Of a stretch of 64,000 nt of DNA, positions 1 through 15,100 are shown one piece after another (within the stretch, counting starts at the first letter, position 1; each line of letters opens with the position of its first letter). The position numbers and the translations under genes are program-made. Location: contig NC_086374.1 of the NCBI RefSeq assembly GCF_036588685.1, positions 103,044,001 through 103,108,000 on the forward strand. Direction: 5' to 3'. The notes below the pieces were generated by a model. The model made no database searches. It had not been told where the DNA came from and worked only from the letters and a program-made list of their open reading frames with translations. The stretch is from Mytilus trossulus (taxonomy: Eukaryota).

Positions 1-622
1 CTTACAACATTTGTATAAACTTCAAGATTATAAAAAAACGGTTTTTTTCTAAAGTGAACATTGATTGGTTAAATATTTCTCAGTGTGTTTGAATTTGTTT
101 GTTAGCCTTTTGGTCATGAATGTTTGTCTCTAATATTTAATTAACTGTGCATTTGTATTCAGATATCGCAGATCAAATTTATTCGTTCATTGTGTAATCA
201 TACGTTTTTTGATTGAGTTAAGTCTGCCAATTGATATTTTATCGTATGTTTTTATATGTTGTGATGTTATGCTATTGTTTCAGAAAAAGGGAGAAGGTTT
301 GGGCCCATTAAAACGTTTAATCCCGCTGCAAATGTTTGCACCTGTCCTAAGTCAGGAATCTGATGTACAGTAGTTGTCGTTTGTTTATGTAATATATACG
401 TGTTTCTCGTTTCTCGTTTTGTTTATATAGATTAGACCGTTGGTTTTCCCGTTTAAATGGTTTTACACTAGTTATTTTGGGGCTCTTTATAGCTTGTTGT
501 TCGGTGTGAGCCAAGGCTCCGTGTTGAAGGCCGTACTTTAACCTATAATGGTTTAATTTTTGAATTGTTGTTTGGATGGAGAGTTGTCTCATTGGCACTC
601 ACACCACATCTTCCTATATCTA
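1..622 (+). mobile_element. Repeat family A (twister-bearing, fixed 3' end ...cacaccacatcttcctatatcta); copies at 11171-11527 - and 21513-21837 +
   Basis: Near-identical copies with variable 5' ends and a shared 3' end. Confidence 0.8.
271..374 (+). ncRNA. Predicted type-P5 twister ribozyme (repeat family A); cleavage U318/A319
   Basis: GGGA-GA-AGG...U-AA-UCCC-GC-[UGCA/UGCA]-CCUG-UCCUAAGU-CAGG-A, closed by GCUAUUG..UCAGA/UCUGA..CAGUAGU. Confidence 0.8.
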
Positions 623-1974
623 TGTTCTCCCTCACTACGTTCGTCCGAATATAAAGTAATTAATATTCTATGGCCTAACAAAGAACAAACGACATAAAGT
701 ATGTGTGCTACTCGCTATAACCTTTAATTCTATATAATACAACAATGTATGTACCACATACAAACATAATAACAATAATATCATAATTCCAATTACAAAT
801 TCACATTAAATCAACCGTGAATACACGTGTCTACTTTAGGCTATAGCGAGAGTCGATGGTCAGAAAGGTGACCGCACGGGTTTTAAGTGCGGACAAATGG
901 TCACATGTCATGAATATTCACGAACTACTTACGTCCGACGAACTAAATTTTATGACTACAATACAAATAAATGAGAGAAAATATAGGGCAGAGAAACAAA
1001 CCAAAAATAGCCAACAAAAGTTACTAGGTTTATGCGCGCCACGTCAACACAAGTCTAATAAGCGACGCTCAGATGAAAAAAGTTTGAAAACCAAAATAAG
1101 TACAAAGTTAAATATAACCGAGGACCAAAAGTTCTAAAAAGTTGTGACCAATACGACCAGGGTTATCCGCCTGAGACGAGAGTATCCTTATTATTTAGAA
1201 TAATCCATACTTTTGCAAACAGTAAATTTTATAAAATTACTATATAGAAGATGTACATGTTTAAATTGAGGTGGTGTCTAGCTACAGAAAAAACTGGATA
1301 CATTACAAAAATACACAGCCGTGTTAGCCAAAGCCAGTGCAATGCACAAAGTATACAGTGACGTCATATTTGAATTTTAAAACGAGTTCCCAAAATTAAG
1401 GAAGACACTTGGATGAAATTCAAGATTAGATTTGTATGAAATATCAAACATTTATTAATAACAGTAGAAATTACAATACGAATTAATATCAAATTGTAGT
1501 AGTAATTAGATAATTAATTTTATTATTTAGCTATGTCGGTGTTTCTTCTGAATCAAACTGTAAACTAAATATATCGTAAGCATATGGGTAAGCAACTCGA
1601 AAGACACATTGTCAAAGACGAAAATATATATTTGATTTTAGCTATAAGATATATCATGTTATATTTCCTACCAAAGGATGTTGTTTTTCTCTTGGTACCC
1701 CGGCTTCCTTTACCAATGAAAATAATAACCTCTACGAAATAACACAACAGTGATGAAAGGTTTCAATAATATTAATCACTAATTTTTTTGGAAAAAAAAA
1801 CTTGAAATGCTGCCGCTGGCGGGGTAAAAACACGCAATCTCAATGTTAGCAGTAATTTGATTACTGTAGAAGTCATAATTAGAAAGTTCCTAGTAATTTG
1901 GAAGACCACTGTCTAAATCATAATATGATCAACTATAGGTCTTTGCTTAATAATTTCAATTTTATCTTTTTTAG

Positions 1975-3167
1975 TTACTACAATAGATTTCACAGAGGTG
2001 CAAGGTCTATATAAAACAAATCCTGTAGCTGAAATAATAGGACAAGATTCTGATGTTTTTAGAGTCCAAACTGTAAACACGGAGATGGTTACTATTGCAT
2101 TGGACAAAGATTTGACGAAACCGAAGTATGAAATCTTTGTGGTAGTGTCTGTAACAGCTGATGGTATAGTGATACGAGATTTCAAACATATAACAATAAC
2201 AGTAAACAAGGACAGTGTTATAAGGAAAGAAATATTCATAATGGATGGAACATTGAAAGACAGTGTGGTTGGCCTCGTTTGCCAGTCGTGCTTATTATTT
2301 GAAAACATGACACAAATAGATCCTCATGATATCGTAACGGTACAAAACGATGGAGTTATCACAACATCAAAAACTATCGATTTAAATAGTATCCAAGGGC
2401 CCACAACAATAGCATATTCAACATATGTCGAAATTCAAAAACAATTTACTTCTGTTACCGTTGTTAATATTACAATTCATATCATACGTGCTGAGTTTGA
2501 ATGTGAGTTATTCGAAGATGGTGTTGCAAATACAGTTGTCGGTAACCTGAAATTAAATAATCCATTTTCAATTGATTCCGATTCTGAATTTCAAATAAGT
2601 GGAATGTCATTGACTCTTGGGTCCGTCGTTTTAGACTATATCGAGCAAATTAAAGTAACGAAAACACTCAGGATATCAATAAGTGACTATACATTTGACA
2701 CTACAATAATGATAAATGTACAAGATGTTAATGATAAAAGTCCAACGTTTATAGCCACACCGTATAATTTTTTTACATTGGAGTCGGCATACCCTGGGTT
2801 GATAGTCGGTGTTGTTTCAGCAATTGACCCCGATACGAACTCCGATTTGAAATTTAGGATCAATCCAGACGATAAATTGAGGATCAATGATTACGGTATC
2901 ATAACAATACGAAGTGGTTTTGGCACAAACGCAAATGGTTATAACGCCACTGTTACAGTGACTGACGGGTTGCATCCTGTAACTGAATTTGTAACTGTTG
3001 AAATTGAACAAACGACAACCAGTAATCTCCAAAATAAATTTGCTGGAAGTATTTCTGAAAATCAAAAAACTCCAAGAGTAATAGAAACCGTTTTTATCCC
3101 AAATTACAAAAACTATAAGTTCACAGATAGATCAGCATTTACAGATTTCAGTATTGACCTTCAAACG
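1975..3167 (+). CDS. Gene 1 exon a: divergent EC1-EC4 and start of EC5
   Basis: 404-aa ORF with QDVNDKSPTF and AIDPD; ttttag acceptor and ACG|gtaag donor. Confidence 0.9.
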
Positions 3168-6100
3168 GTAAGATTATACATTTATTACAAGATATTTAAT
3201 ATCATACATTAACGATTAAAAGTAAGTCAGATAAGCTATTTTTCACCTATCTTTCGTTTTATTCAACATTTACCCATCCGAAGTGGCCATGCCGTCAATG
3301 TCAATAATTTGTCCATTTTGTCACATCATAGTGTACTTGTGAAGCTGTGTTTTTGTTTAAGAACAACAATCGTTAAAGGAAGAATTTATTGTAACCTACT
3401 GAATTACAGAAGAAGTTGTAGATTAGATTTATGATATCTTCATTTAATCATCAAATTTCATTCAGGCAATTTCACAAAATTAAGTGCATCTTTAGATGGT
3501 AGTAAATGATAAGAAAACGCAAATTCCAAACCCATAAAAATGCCCGAACTATTACAAAAAAAAACACCCCAAAAAAACCCATATCAGAGAAAACAAGATA
3601 ACATTTTTCAATCCCAATTTTGTAGCATATTTCGACCTTCAGATTTTTTTCATTAAAATGCTATATTCACAAACGAATCATAATAAATGCATTAAAGAAT
3701 CGATTTTAGTTTATTCAAAATGATTAATAACAAAACATGATGTTTATCAAACGTTTATAATGTTATAATAAATAGTGGTGGCGATACAGTCATCATACAG
3801 TCATCATGGTATTATTCTTTGTAAATATATCTAAATCTAGTAGGTAATAACATTGGCCATTATTGTAACAGTTCATAGCACCCAGTAATTATTTTTTAAG
3901 GGTCAAGTTAAAAATGTAAGAGACTTTGACAGGGAAATGGAAACTGAGAGGGAGTTTAAATATACCATTGTAGCAAACGAGGATGGCGCACTGAAATGTT
4001 CATTAGTGGTAAGTAAATTTAACATAGATATCAGGATTAAAGTTTGTTACTTATAAGACAGATGTCCGTTTAACTTGTAAACGAAAATGACAGAAAAACG
4101 AAATACAACTCATGTGGGTTTATTATGTTTCGTAGGAAATCAATTTCGTAAATGTCGTTTTTACAGGTAAACCACGGCATTAAAAGAGGGACGAAAGATA
4201 CCAAAGGGACAGTCAAACTCATAAATCTAAAACAAACTGAAAACGCCATTGCTAAAAATGAAAAAGACAAACAGAAAAACAATAGTACACATGACACAAC
4301 ATAGAAAGCTAAATAATAAACAACACGAACCCCACCAAAAACTAGGGGGGATCTCAGGTGCTCCGAAAGGGTAAGCAGATCCTGCTCCACATGTGGCACC
4401 CGTCGTGATGCTTTTGTGATTACAAATCCGGTAAATAGTCTAATTCGGTAGGTCACATTCATGAAACCAACTCGTGATGGCGTCCGTAAAATTTACGAAG
4501 GGATGATTTCAACTTCACTATTTGGAACTCCTGGTTTAATAGCTTTCTTATCAAGAAAATCATAATAGGATATGCAAGCACTGGAATATCGTATCAATTG
4601 GGAAATATATACCCCTTATGCAGGTGCTGCTGGAATGTTGCTACTTAGAAATGGGAAGTTCACAATTGGAAAGCTGAAATCATCTCTTTTGTCGTAAAGT
4701 ATTGTTTTCAACCGACCCTCATTGTCAATTTCTAGATGTAAGTCAAGATATGAAGCCGACTTAACTGTATCTGTAGTATCCTTTATCTCCAATTCGATGG
4801 GATAGATGCGTTCCACATAGTCACCAAATTTTGAATTGTTTAGTGAAATAACGTCATCTATATAGCGGAAAGTAGATTTAAAGGATATTGCTAACTTCTT
4901 ATCTTTCTTCCTAAAAAGTTCCTGCATGAAGTCAGCCTCATAATAATAAAGAAACAAGTAAGCAAGTAGAGGGGCACATTAAATGTTTAACGGACAACAA
5001 TTTCCCCATAGCCTTGCAGGCAGAATTTGCAAAATCACAAAATCCAATACATAAGAACACGCAAGACTAAGTGTTCCTAAATCGACAAATACTGGTACCC
5101 ACGAAAATAAATGATTCCATAGCAACAATTTTAAATGAATATACAGAACAAACTTCTGAAACATATACTTGTACCTTGTCGTGCATGTTTAAATACCTAA
5201 CTGCATTTCACAATTTTGATCTCAATACATGACACTTCTATATGCTTTTTCATAATTTCATAAGGGACCATACAAGTCAAATGCATACTTTGATGGATAA
5301 TATATAAAAGCTAAGGTAGAAATTATTTCGTGCATTTTTTATTGCATTTTTAAAAAAATAAACAAATATGCGAGTTTGATAATTTTGTATACGGAATTGA
5401 CCTTCCTTACATTTGACAACATCTATACCCTTTCGCTTTAATATCAGAGAGTCACACTTTGTTTTATAAGATTTTGCGCATTATCTTTTGTAAAACGATG
5501 ACTAATTTATTTTGCTATTTTTATTTAATATCTGTCAAAAGAAAAAGAATTAAAGAAAGATACGTTCAAGGTAGTTTTATAGTTACGGATGCATTTGATA
5601 ATTCTTGTTTTACTTTTTCATTAGATTTACACATATTTATTGCATGTAATTGACAGGTAATAGGAGAGATAACTATTACAGTGACCGATCAAAATGACGA
5701 ACCACCTGTATTTGCCAGCCATTCTTATACAGCCACGGTTTCAGAGAACGCTCTTAATGAAAAATTGATGGTAAGGCAAGATCAAATAGATTTATAAACC
5801 CTCGCGTTTTTTTATGAACATATACTACGGTTTATGTTTTGTTGACAGGGTTTATCCCCCATTGTATGACATAAGGTAACGCCTGTATAAAGCCAGGCAT
5901 ATGACACTTGTATTTTCAAACACTAATCCAATCTTAACTTATAGAATTGCTGTATATCAAAAATCGATATAAACTGACTCGACAAAACAAGTCCAGGCAA
6001 AACCTAGAAAATCTGACATGTTAAAAAGAAATCAAAAACATAAGTATATAATGTAATGTTGGACGTAATACGTCCTCTGGTTGACTGATAGTGGTTTGTC

Positions 6101-9100
6101 ATATACATTATTTGTGTCATGTGAAAATGACGTTATCAACGTTTTTCGATGATTTATTCCGTCTTAAAATGAAATTTAGAATTAAATTAGAAGGCATGAC
6201 TGTTATATTTCTTTTCTTTTTACTCGAAATAACATCACAATTGTGGTGCTTACTTAAAAATAGACCGCTACACGGGTTATTCAGTGTGGCACACATTTTT
6301 GATGTGTTTCCTCCATAGTCAGAAAAAATATTGCAGTAATTTCTTAAATAGCAATTGAAAGTATATAATGAAATATTTGAATTCCATTTATGTATTAGGT
6401 TGTTCCTGAAATATCGACGACTGATAAAGATTTGAATCCTACAGTAACATATAGCATTTCAACAAATACTAACAAATTCGCCATAGATTCATTTACTGGT
6501 AAGATACATATTGTAACATATTGTATATAGATAAAGGAAGATGTGGTATGAGTGCCAAGAAGACAACTTTTCGTCCAAGTCACAATTTATAAAAGTAAAC
6601 CTTTATAGGTCAAAATTGTCTTTATTTTGAAATATTTAATTAAGAAAACATTCAGAAACATACCCTGAACATTACCTTATTACAAAAAAGTAGAAAATGG
6701 GAATATCTAACACATTCCCGCTTAGTAATAGATCTACAATCGAACAAAATCACACACATATTCGATGTCTGTCGGTATTGTCGCTCCCAACAGTGTTGAC
6801 GTGCGTACATTATGATTTGGTCACTAACACACCACCCTTAGTAATTTGGCTCTATGAGCTTCTTCTAATGACTGTGCTTTAATTTTATGACCCTGCATCG
6901 AAGTTAAAATTTGACATTTCACTGTTTAATGCTTTCCCAGCCGTAAAACATTTATTATAATTCCTTTTCTAAATAGCACGTTTTGTCCATCACATTTTCC
7001 TTCAAACCACACGCAAATTGTTGTCAAAGGAAAAACCTTTATTTGAAGTGGTGTTCAAATCTATGGGTTCCACCAACGTAAGCGGCGGCGACGATGTAAA
7101 ATGGCGTTATTCAATTATAATGATACGGAAAAGATCTGCCATAGATTTGGAGAAAACAAAAATCTGTCATAGATTTGATTTATTTGACGTATGTAACGTC
7201 ACTTTTCCCATACATTAGAAATCTGCAATCGATTTGGAACCCGCCGTAGATTTGAGTCCTTAATTTTTTTTTTTGAGTACATGCTTTTTTAACTGTTTAT
7301 TTCAGACTTATTGTGATTTCGATATACGTTTTAGAATATCAAATATGAGAATTTGAGTCATATCAAATCAAAAAGCTAGTGCCCCATAAATATGTGTAGC
7401 ATATTTGAATAATGTTATGTACATTCTATCAATCATTGTTTTGTTTTAAAATAGGAACTATAGCAACACAACTGGGACTCGACAGAGAAACGGAAGATCA
7501 CCTAAATGTTGAAGTTGTTGCATCAGATGGTACAAATTCCGCAACAGCTACAGTTACTGTCAAAGTACTGGATAAAAATGACAATACACCCCAATTCAAT
7601 TCTGGTCAAAGCAGGTAAATTCTGTTTGAATGATGAATTTGTATTATAAACTTACCGACTATAATATGATTTCCTTGATATATAAATCTGGTTAAATTAA
7701 TGAGTGGTGATTGAGATAAAAGCTTAATAATAATTTGTTTGGGTTTTGTTTGTAGTTCATAAAAAAGAAAATGTGGTATGATTGCCAATGAGACAACTTT
7801 CCACAAATCACTAAAATGACACAGACATTAACAACTATAGGTAACCGTACGGCCTTCAAACCCATACCGCATAGTCAGCTATAAAAGGCCCCGATAAGAC
7901 AATGTAAAACAATTCAAACTAGGAAAAAACTAACTGCCTTATTTATGTAAAAAAATGAATGAAAAACAAATATGTAACACATAAACAAACGACAACCACT
8001 GAATTACAGGCTCCTGATTTAGGTTATTCGTGTATTCTATGCAAAAAATTTCGTTTTTTTTTTATTGTGAAAGTATTACAGTGTAATAATATCTTTTAGC
8101 ATTTTTTTTATCACATCCATGACTCAAATATATACACTACGTGTTAAGACGATATTAGTTAATTTATGTTAAATTACAGAAATATTTAAACACAAATATA
8201 CATGTAATTTAATCAAGATAAAACAAAATTGAGAATGGAAATGGGAAATGTGTCAAAGAGACAACAACCCGACAGGAGAGCAGAGAACTGCAGAAGGCCA
8301 CCAACATGTCTTCAATACAGCGAGAAATTCCCGAACCCGGAGGCGTCCTTCAGCTGGCCTTTAAACAAATATAAATACTAGTTCAATAATAATGAACGCC
8401 AAACTAAACTCACAACCGTATACTAGAAACTAAAATTAAAAATAATACAAGACTAACAAAGGCCAGAGTCTCCTGACTTTGGACAGGCGCATAAATGCGG
8501 CGGGGTTAAACATGTTTATGAGATATCAACCCTCCCCTATACCTCTAGCCAATGCAGAAAGTAAACGCATAACAATACGCACATTAAATTTCAATTCAAG
8601 AGAATTCAGAGTCTGCTGTCAGAAGATGTAACCAAAGAAAATAAACAAAATGACAATGATATAAAAAACATCAGACTACTAGCAGTTAACTGACATGCAG
8701 CTCCAGAATTCAATTAAACAGATTGAAAGATTTTGTCTTTATCATATTAATATCAGACACAATCCGTCCGTTAGGGGTTTAGTATCATAACATCATAACA
8801 TATATGAAAAGAACATAAACCGTGTCATGCCAACAACTGGTTTTTGAATAAATGTCTTCAGTTTCGATGCAAAGACCCTATAAGTGAGTAAATATTAAAG
8901 CCAAAATATGCCATCTTTAATGACCTGACAACAGTATTGTAACTATATCCCTTCTTAATATGTCTTTGTTAAGGTTTTGATAGCTTCTGAGGTGAATATT
9001 GACATGTTTTGCTTTATAAAGAATATTTCGATAAAATATATGTTTAAAAGGTTAAAGATGATGCATTTTCACGGAAACATTTACATTCTTAATATTATGA

Positions 9101-12100
9101 TACATACTTGTTTGTATTATGTTTACAAGCTGGACATAAAATACATGAGACAGACAAAACCAATCTGAATACAAATCAACTATCCTTGATGATTTTTGTT
9201 TTATGAAATTGAAAAAAAAAAAACAGTTATGGCCAATGACTAAGTTTTCCTTTTAAGCTTAAAACCTCAAATTGTGTTCTTATTCGCTTAACAATCAAAT
9301 AATTCAACAACATTAAGCACGTCTACACAACATTGGCATTTAGCAGTGTTAAATTTCTAAACTAAAGTGAAGCTTTTAATAAAATGCTTCTGTATCAGAA
9401 AAAATATCAAAACAACACTTTGTGCCGGTTAAAGCGACATCTTTTAAAAATAGATATAACACGCCTTCGAACTTTGCGAAACACACGTGACAGGTAATCT
9501 TTGTTTCAACAAATCACAAACATCGATTTTGAATACACGAGTTCGATAACCGTGTAGGATATATTAGAGGCAATAAATTTGAAAATTTATTAGGTTATTG
9601 TTTCATTGAAGTGTCGTCTCGTTGAAAATTCTACTCATACATCTGCTTAATGTTTGATAAATTTTATTAATAATTGAAACATCTTATATTTCTCTCAGTA
9701 TGACAGTCTCTGAAGGTTCATCTATTGGAGCAAGTATTGGAAAAATGAGTGCTACTGACATTGACGAAGGGAAAAATGCAGAAATTACTTTTGACCTCGT
9801 CAGTAATAATGGTGGTCCTTTTAGAATTAACCAAACAACTGGAGAAATAACTGTCACTGGAAAATTAGACCGTGAAACTTCCGAGACATATGGAGTGAGT
9901 GTATATGCACGAGATAATGGTATATCAATAAGATCAAGTTCCATGTCAGTAACGATAACTGTACTTGATGTAAACGACAACCCACCAGTGTTTACTATAG
10001 ACGACCTTAAAGTTGAATTTGAAGAAAATAAGGATTGTTCCAACCAAATAGCAACTGTTATTGCAACTGATGCAGACAAAGCTGGTACAAGTAACAGCCA
10101 GATAACTTATTCATTGTTAAGGTTAGAATTATTCTATCTGATTTATTTGTCAGTGCATCATATCAAGCGATAGCAACCATGTTTTGTATATAATGTTGTA
10201 AAAGTCATTATAGTGAGCTGAGTTCTTCACTGGATTGTCAATATAATTTTTACTTTAATACCAAAATTCGCGGCTCAATGTTCGAGCCAAACCGTTGCTG
10301 TTTCTTCTCTTTATTACGGAAAAATACATTATCACTTTAAATGGAGGTGACCAGATATCCATGCATATTGCAATCACCGCGTTTTTACTAAGGTCACTTG
10401 CATACGGAAAATATGTCGGCGAATTGCTTCCTGGAAGGAAGCTTCCGGGAAGCAATTAAAAAGTGATAAACGTCTTCTTAATTTAGACTTATTAAAAACA
10501 ATTCTTCGAAAAAAGGTATATGTGCATAAGTTTAAGGTGGTATGGGTGTCTTCTTCTATCTTGGATTGTGAAAAACAGAGACCCAAAGGTCCAGATTTTC
10601 CATCGGGTTAGCAACATTTGATGCAGGAATGCAGATATTTAATGTGAATTTGTATTTATAAGAACCAATTTATAAGAATATAACTTATAAATATTAATAT
10701 TTTTGCAAATGTTAATTAATTTTGGTTGATTTTTTTTGTTTTTTTTTAAGCCCCTGCTTTAAAAGGGGGGGGATATTGTTTTACCTCTGTCTGTCAGTCC
10801 GTCCGTCCGTCGTACCGTCCGTCAGTCCGTCTGTTCGTCCGTCCGTCCGTCAGTCCGTCCCATGAAACTTTCGTAACATTTTTCTCAGGAACTACACATC
10901 CACCCTTTCTGTAATTTGGTATCAACATTTATATATGTCAGCCATACCGTGTGATGCGTTTTCAGATTCATCACTTGACAACTTCCTGTTTACCGAACAC
11001 TTGTATAATTTTACACATGATAACCAAGTTGAAAATTTTCGTCACATTTTTCTCAGGAACTACAATACAAGGATTTCTGAAATTTGGTTTCAGGATTTAT
11101 ATAAGTCAGCTATACCGTGTGATGCGTTTTCAGATTCATCACTCGACAACTTCCTGTTTACCGAACACTTAGATATAGGAGATGTGGTGTGAGTGCCAAT
11201 GAGACAACTCTCCATCCAAATAACAATTTAAAAATTAAACCATTATAGGTTAAAGTACGGCCTTCAACACGGAGCCTTGGCTCACACCGAACAACAAGCT
11301 ATAAAGGGCCCCAAAATTACTAGTGTAAAACCATTCAAACGGGACAACCAACGGTCTAATCTATATAAACAAAACGAGAAACGAGAAACACGTATATATT
11401 ACATAAACAAACGACAACTACTGTACATCAGATTCCTGACTTAGGACAGGTGCAAACATTTGCAGCGGGATTAAACGTTTTAATGGGCCCAAACCTTCTC
11501 CCTTTTTCTGAAACAATAGCATAACATTGCATATTTTTACACTATTAATATTATCCACTTGCGGCGGGGGTATCATCAGTGAGCAGTAGCTCGCAGTTTC
11601 ACTTGTTTAAATAAGCATTTTAAGGGGAGGTAACTCTAAAACAGTGCATTTTCTGAAGGATTCTACATGGTATTTTCCTATTTTGTATTTTAACCGGAAA
11701 AAACGTACGGTAACCCTATCTTTTCTTTTGATCTTCTCAAAGCAGTGCCTGAAAGCTATCTTTTCCTGAAGTATTTAATAATTCTCCCATACCACCTTGA
11801 TAATGAAAACTATCCATTTCATTTTGAGGTTTAAGATGACTTTAAGTTCATAATACTAATTATTACATTTTGATTCTTTTTATTTCAATCATTTTAAACA
11901 GTAACGTTAAATCAGTGATATTATAGTATATTCGCCTTATATCACATTATAAGATGGTAAATATTTGTTGTGCATTATTTGGCATAAAGAGATTTTTCAT
12001 AGTTTGGTTGATATTAAACGCAAAGGACAAGGTACGATAAGGCCCGTTTTTTGCCCACTATTTTCTCATTTTCTAGATATTAGTTTGGAAAGCCACTTGT

Positions 12101-15100
12101 CACGTTAAAATATTCCTTTAGGTTTGAACCTTATTTGGATGAACTTCAAAACCATTAATTTCAGAAAATGGGTGATGTGAAAAGGGGGGGGGGGGGGGGG
12201 GAGTGTGAGCATAAAAACCCGTCAAAAGAAGGAAAATAACAATTTTTGACAATAAAACTTAAAATTTAATAGCATGCGCCTACGTGACCCTGAAAACGCG
12301 ATTTAGACAGCAAAAACAGTTCTTATGACATTGGAATAAAACAATTCCTCGGTCACTTTGGCGCAGGCACTAAAACATAAAAATTTGTTTAACCCCACTC
12401 ACCTAAAATTAGTGGTTTTGAAGGTCTGTCAAACAAACTTCAAACTTCAGGGAGTATTTTAACATAATTAGTAGCTTTCCAAAACATAATTTGAAAATGA
12501 GAAAAGAAGGGGGGCCAAAAACAGGCCTTATCGTTTCTTGTCCTTTTCCTCGCAAAATTAATTTCCTCATTTTGATCATTCCATTGTGAAAAGTAAAATA
12601 GCAAAAACACCGAACTCCAAGGAAAACTCATAATAGACAATTCATTATCAAATTGCAGGATCAAATGATTTAGTACATGCATTTTAATTATTTTTTAAAT
12701 TCAATAGAGCAATAACATATAACTTTAACGTGTAAGCCCGTCCAATCAGGTCATATTGTTCCTGTAAGAAATGAACCATTACATACCCTTCTATAAGTTA
12801 TGTTTCAACTTTCAGTGGAACGCAACATTTTACAATGGATTCATCGGGTATACTGAAATGTAAAACTACCCTGGACTACGAAGATCAATCATCCTACCAG
12901 ATTACAGTAAAAGCTCAAGATAATGGGTTTCCTTCATTAAGTTCAAATCAGTCTGTGACCATCAATATAAAGGATATCAACGACAACGCTCCAATCTTCC
13001 AATCTCCTCCAACTACAATTACTATCAGGTTTGTGGCCTATGTGAACTAAAAACTTATACATATGTAAATAGTTATTAAAGGTACAATGATTATAATGTA
13101 ATACACCAGACGCGCGTTTAGTCTACATAAAACTCACCAGTGACGCTCAGATCAAAATAGTTATAAAGCCAAAGCCAAAGCCTTTATATAAAGCCAAACA
13201 AGTACAAAGTTGAAGAGTAAAGGCAACAGTAGTATACCGCTGTTCAAAACTCATAAATCCATGGACTAAAAACAAAATCGGGGTAACAAACTTAAACCGA
13301 GGGAAACGCATTTAATATAAGAGGAGAACAACGACACAACACTGAAATGTAACACACACAGAAACGGACCAAGCATCAGACAAAATCCCATGAGAATGAC
13401 AAATATAACATCAAAACCAAATACATGAATTTAGGATAGACAAGTACTGTGACACGTCTTATCGCAATGTGAATTTACACACAAAAATAAGAGAAAACAA
13501 ACGACGCAACGTTGAAGAACATTGAGGAATCATAACCTATCTAAATTTAATTAAATGCAACGATCATTAATTGGTCATGTTGCTTGCCTCATAGATATAT
13601 TTCTTCTCAATGTGTGATTTTTAACATACAAATCAAATTTTACATTGTTGTTTTGAGTTATCCAGTAACAGCTACACCGCATTGGGGGGAAACGAAAAGA
13701 AAAATTTAGAGTGTCGTTGTGACTGCATCGTGCGTAATTTTTGTATGTTTGTAACTGCTGAAAAATGCGTTTTAATGATTTATTCAGTCTTAACGTATTC
13801 CGTAATTTCTATTGAATTGACACTGCGTTGCATTAGGAATGATAAAATCCAAATAAAATTGCTAACTTGGAATGAAGATATTAATCGAACATAACTGTAG
13901 CATATTTTCGCATTTAAACATAGATATGATGATATATTTGAAATATTCTATTCGATAAAAGTTTATATAACAGCTTTAGACAAACAAACTGATTTTGTAT
14001 TTGAAAGGATATTCCATTTTTTACTATGTAACATGAGTTTTCCTCACCTTTTTGTACAGATATTTATCATCAGCAGCGGAACGTGTTATTGAGGTCTTTA
14101 AAGTAACTGATGAGGACTCTGGAGAGAATGGTAGGGTGACATTCAGTATCGGTGGTTCAGCAGCGGAATTTCTGAATATTGACCCAATTTATGGTATTTT
14201 GCGTACAAAAAGTGACAAAAACAATGGTGACTATGCTTTACAAGTTATCGCTATGGATAACGGTAAATCTTCGAAGCAGACTACTACTTCAGTGACAGTA
14301 AAAGTAAATAAAAACGTAGTTACGACTCAACCAATTCAATTTACACAGCAAGTAATAAACATGACGATACAAGAGAATCGTCCAATCAACTCTCAATTAG
14401 AAAGTGTTTCATCAAAAGTCACCAAACCATCTGGTGTAACTTTGAACTACACGATTATTGACAGCAGTAGTTCAGACGTGGCATTTGTTGTACATTCAAC
14501 ATCGGGTATGGTGTCCTTATCAAAACAGGTTGACAGGGAAACAATCCACACTCATGAATTTGTTGTTCTTGTGAAAAACCAGGCTGCACCAAATGAAAGT
14601 GATCTTGCCTTAGTAAGTTTAATTATAATTCGTAAGTACAATAGATTGATTAGGTATACGTCTTTTCCTGTTAGTTTCAAAAGAGTTTATATTCACTTGT
14701 CGTATTCATGAGTGGTTGTCTAGATTTCAATTTTGGTTTCAATAAAGACAAAATCGGTAAAAAAAAAAACCTCGTGTAATTGTCATTCAATTGAGTGCAT
14801 AATATTTAATAATTTTCTCTCTTTCTGTACTTCTTATCGTCGAACTTTTCAATAATCGATGCAGCTTATTGATAAAGGACTACGCCTTCCCGATACACCC
14901 GAGTCAAACCTCTGTCGTTTCCTTAGTTAGTTTTTGCTGCATATCAACTTTTGTCAAAAAGCACAGCCGGAAATGACAAGCTTTGAAAAAATTCAACAGA
15001 AAAACCAACAATCTTATCTATGATAAAACAAATATGACAGACTGTTCACGACGACAACATCTATAATACAGGCTCATGTCTAATGACAGGTACATTCAGA

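Noticed and set aside
13104-13147. Active hammerhead
   Set aside because: Core mutated (CUGGUGA, and UAAA for GAAA); copies near 1035-1070 and 37270-37315 are more decayed
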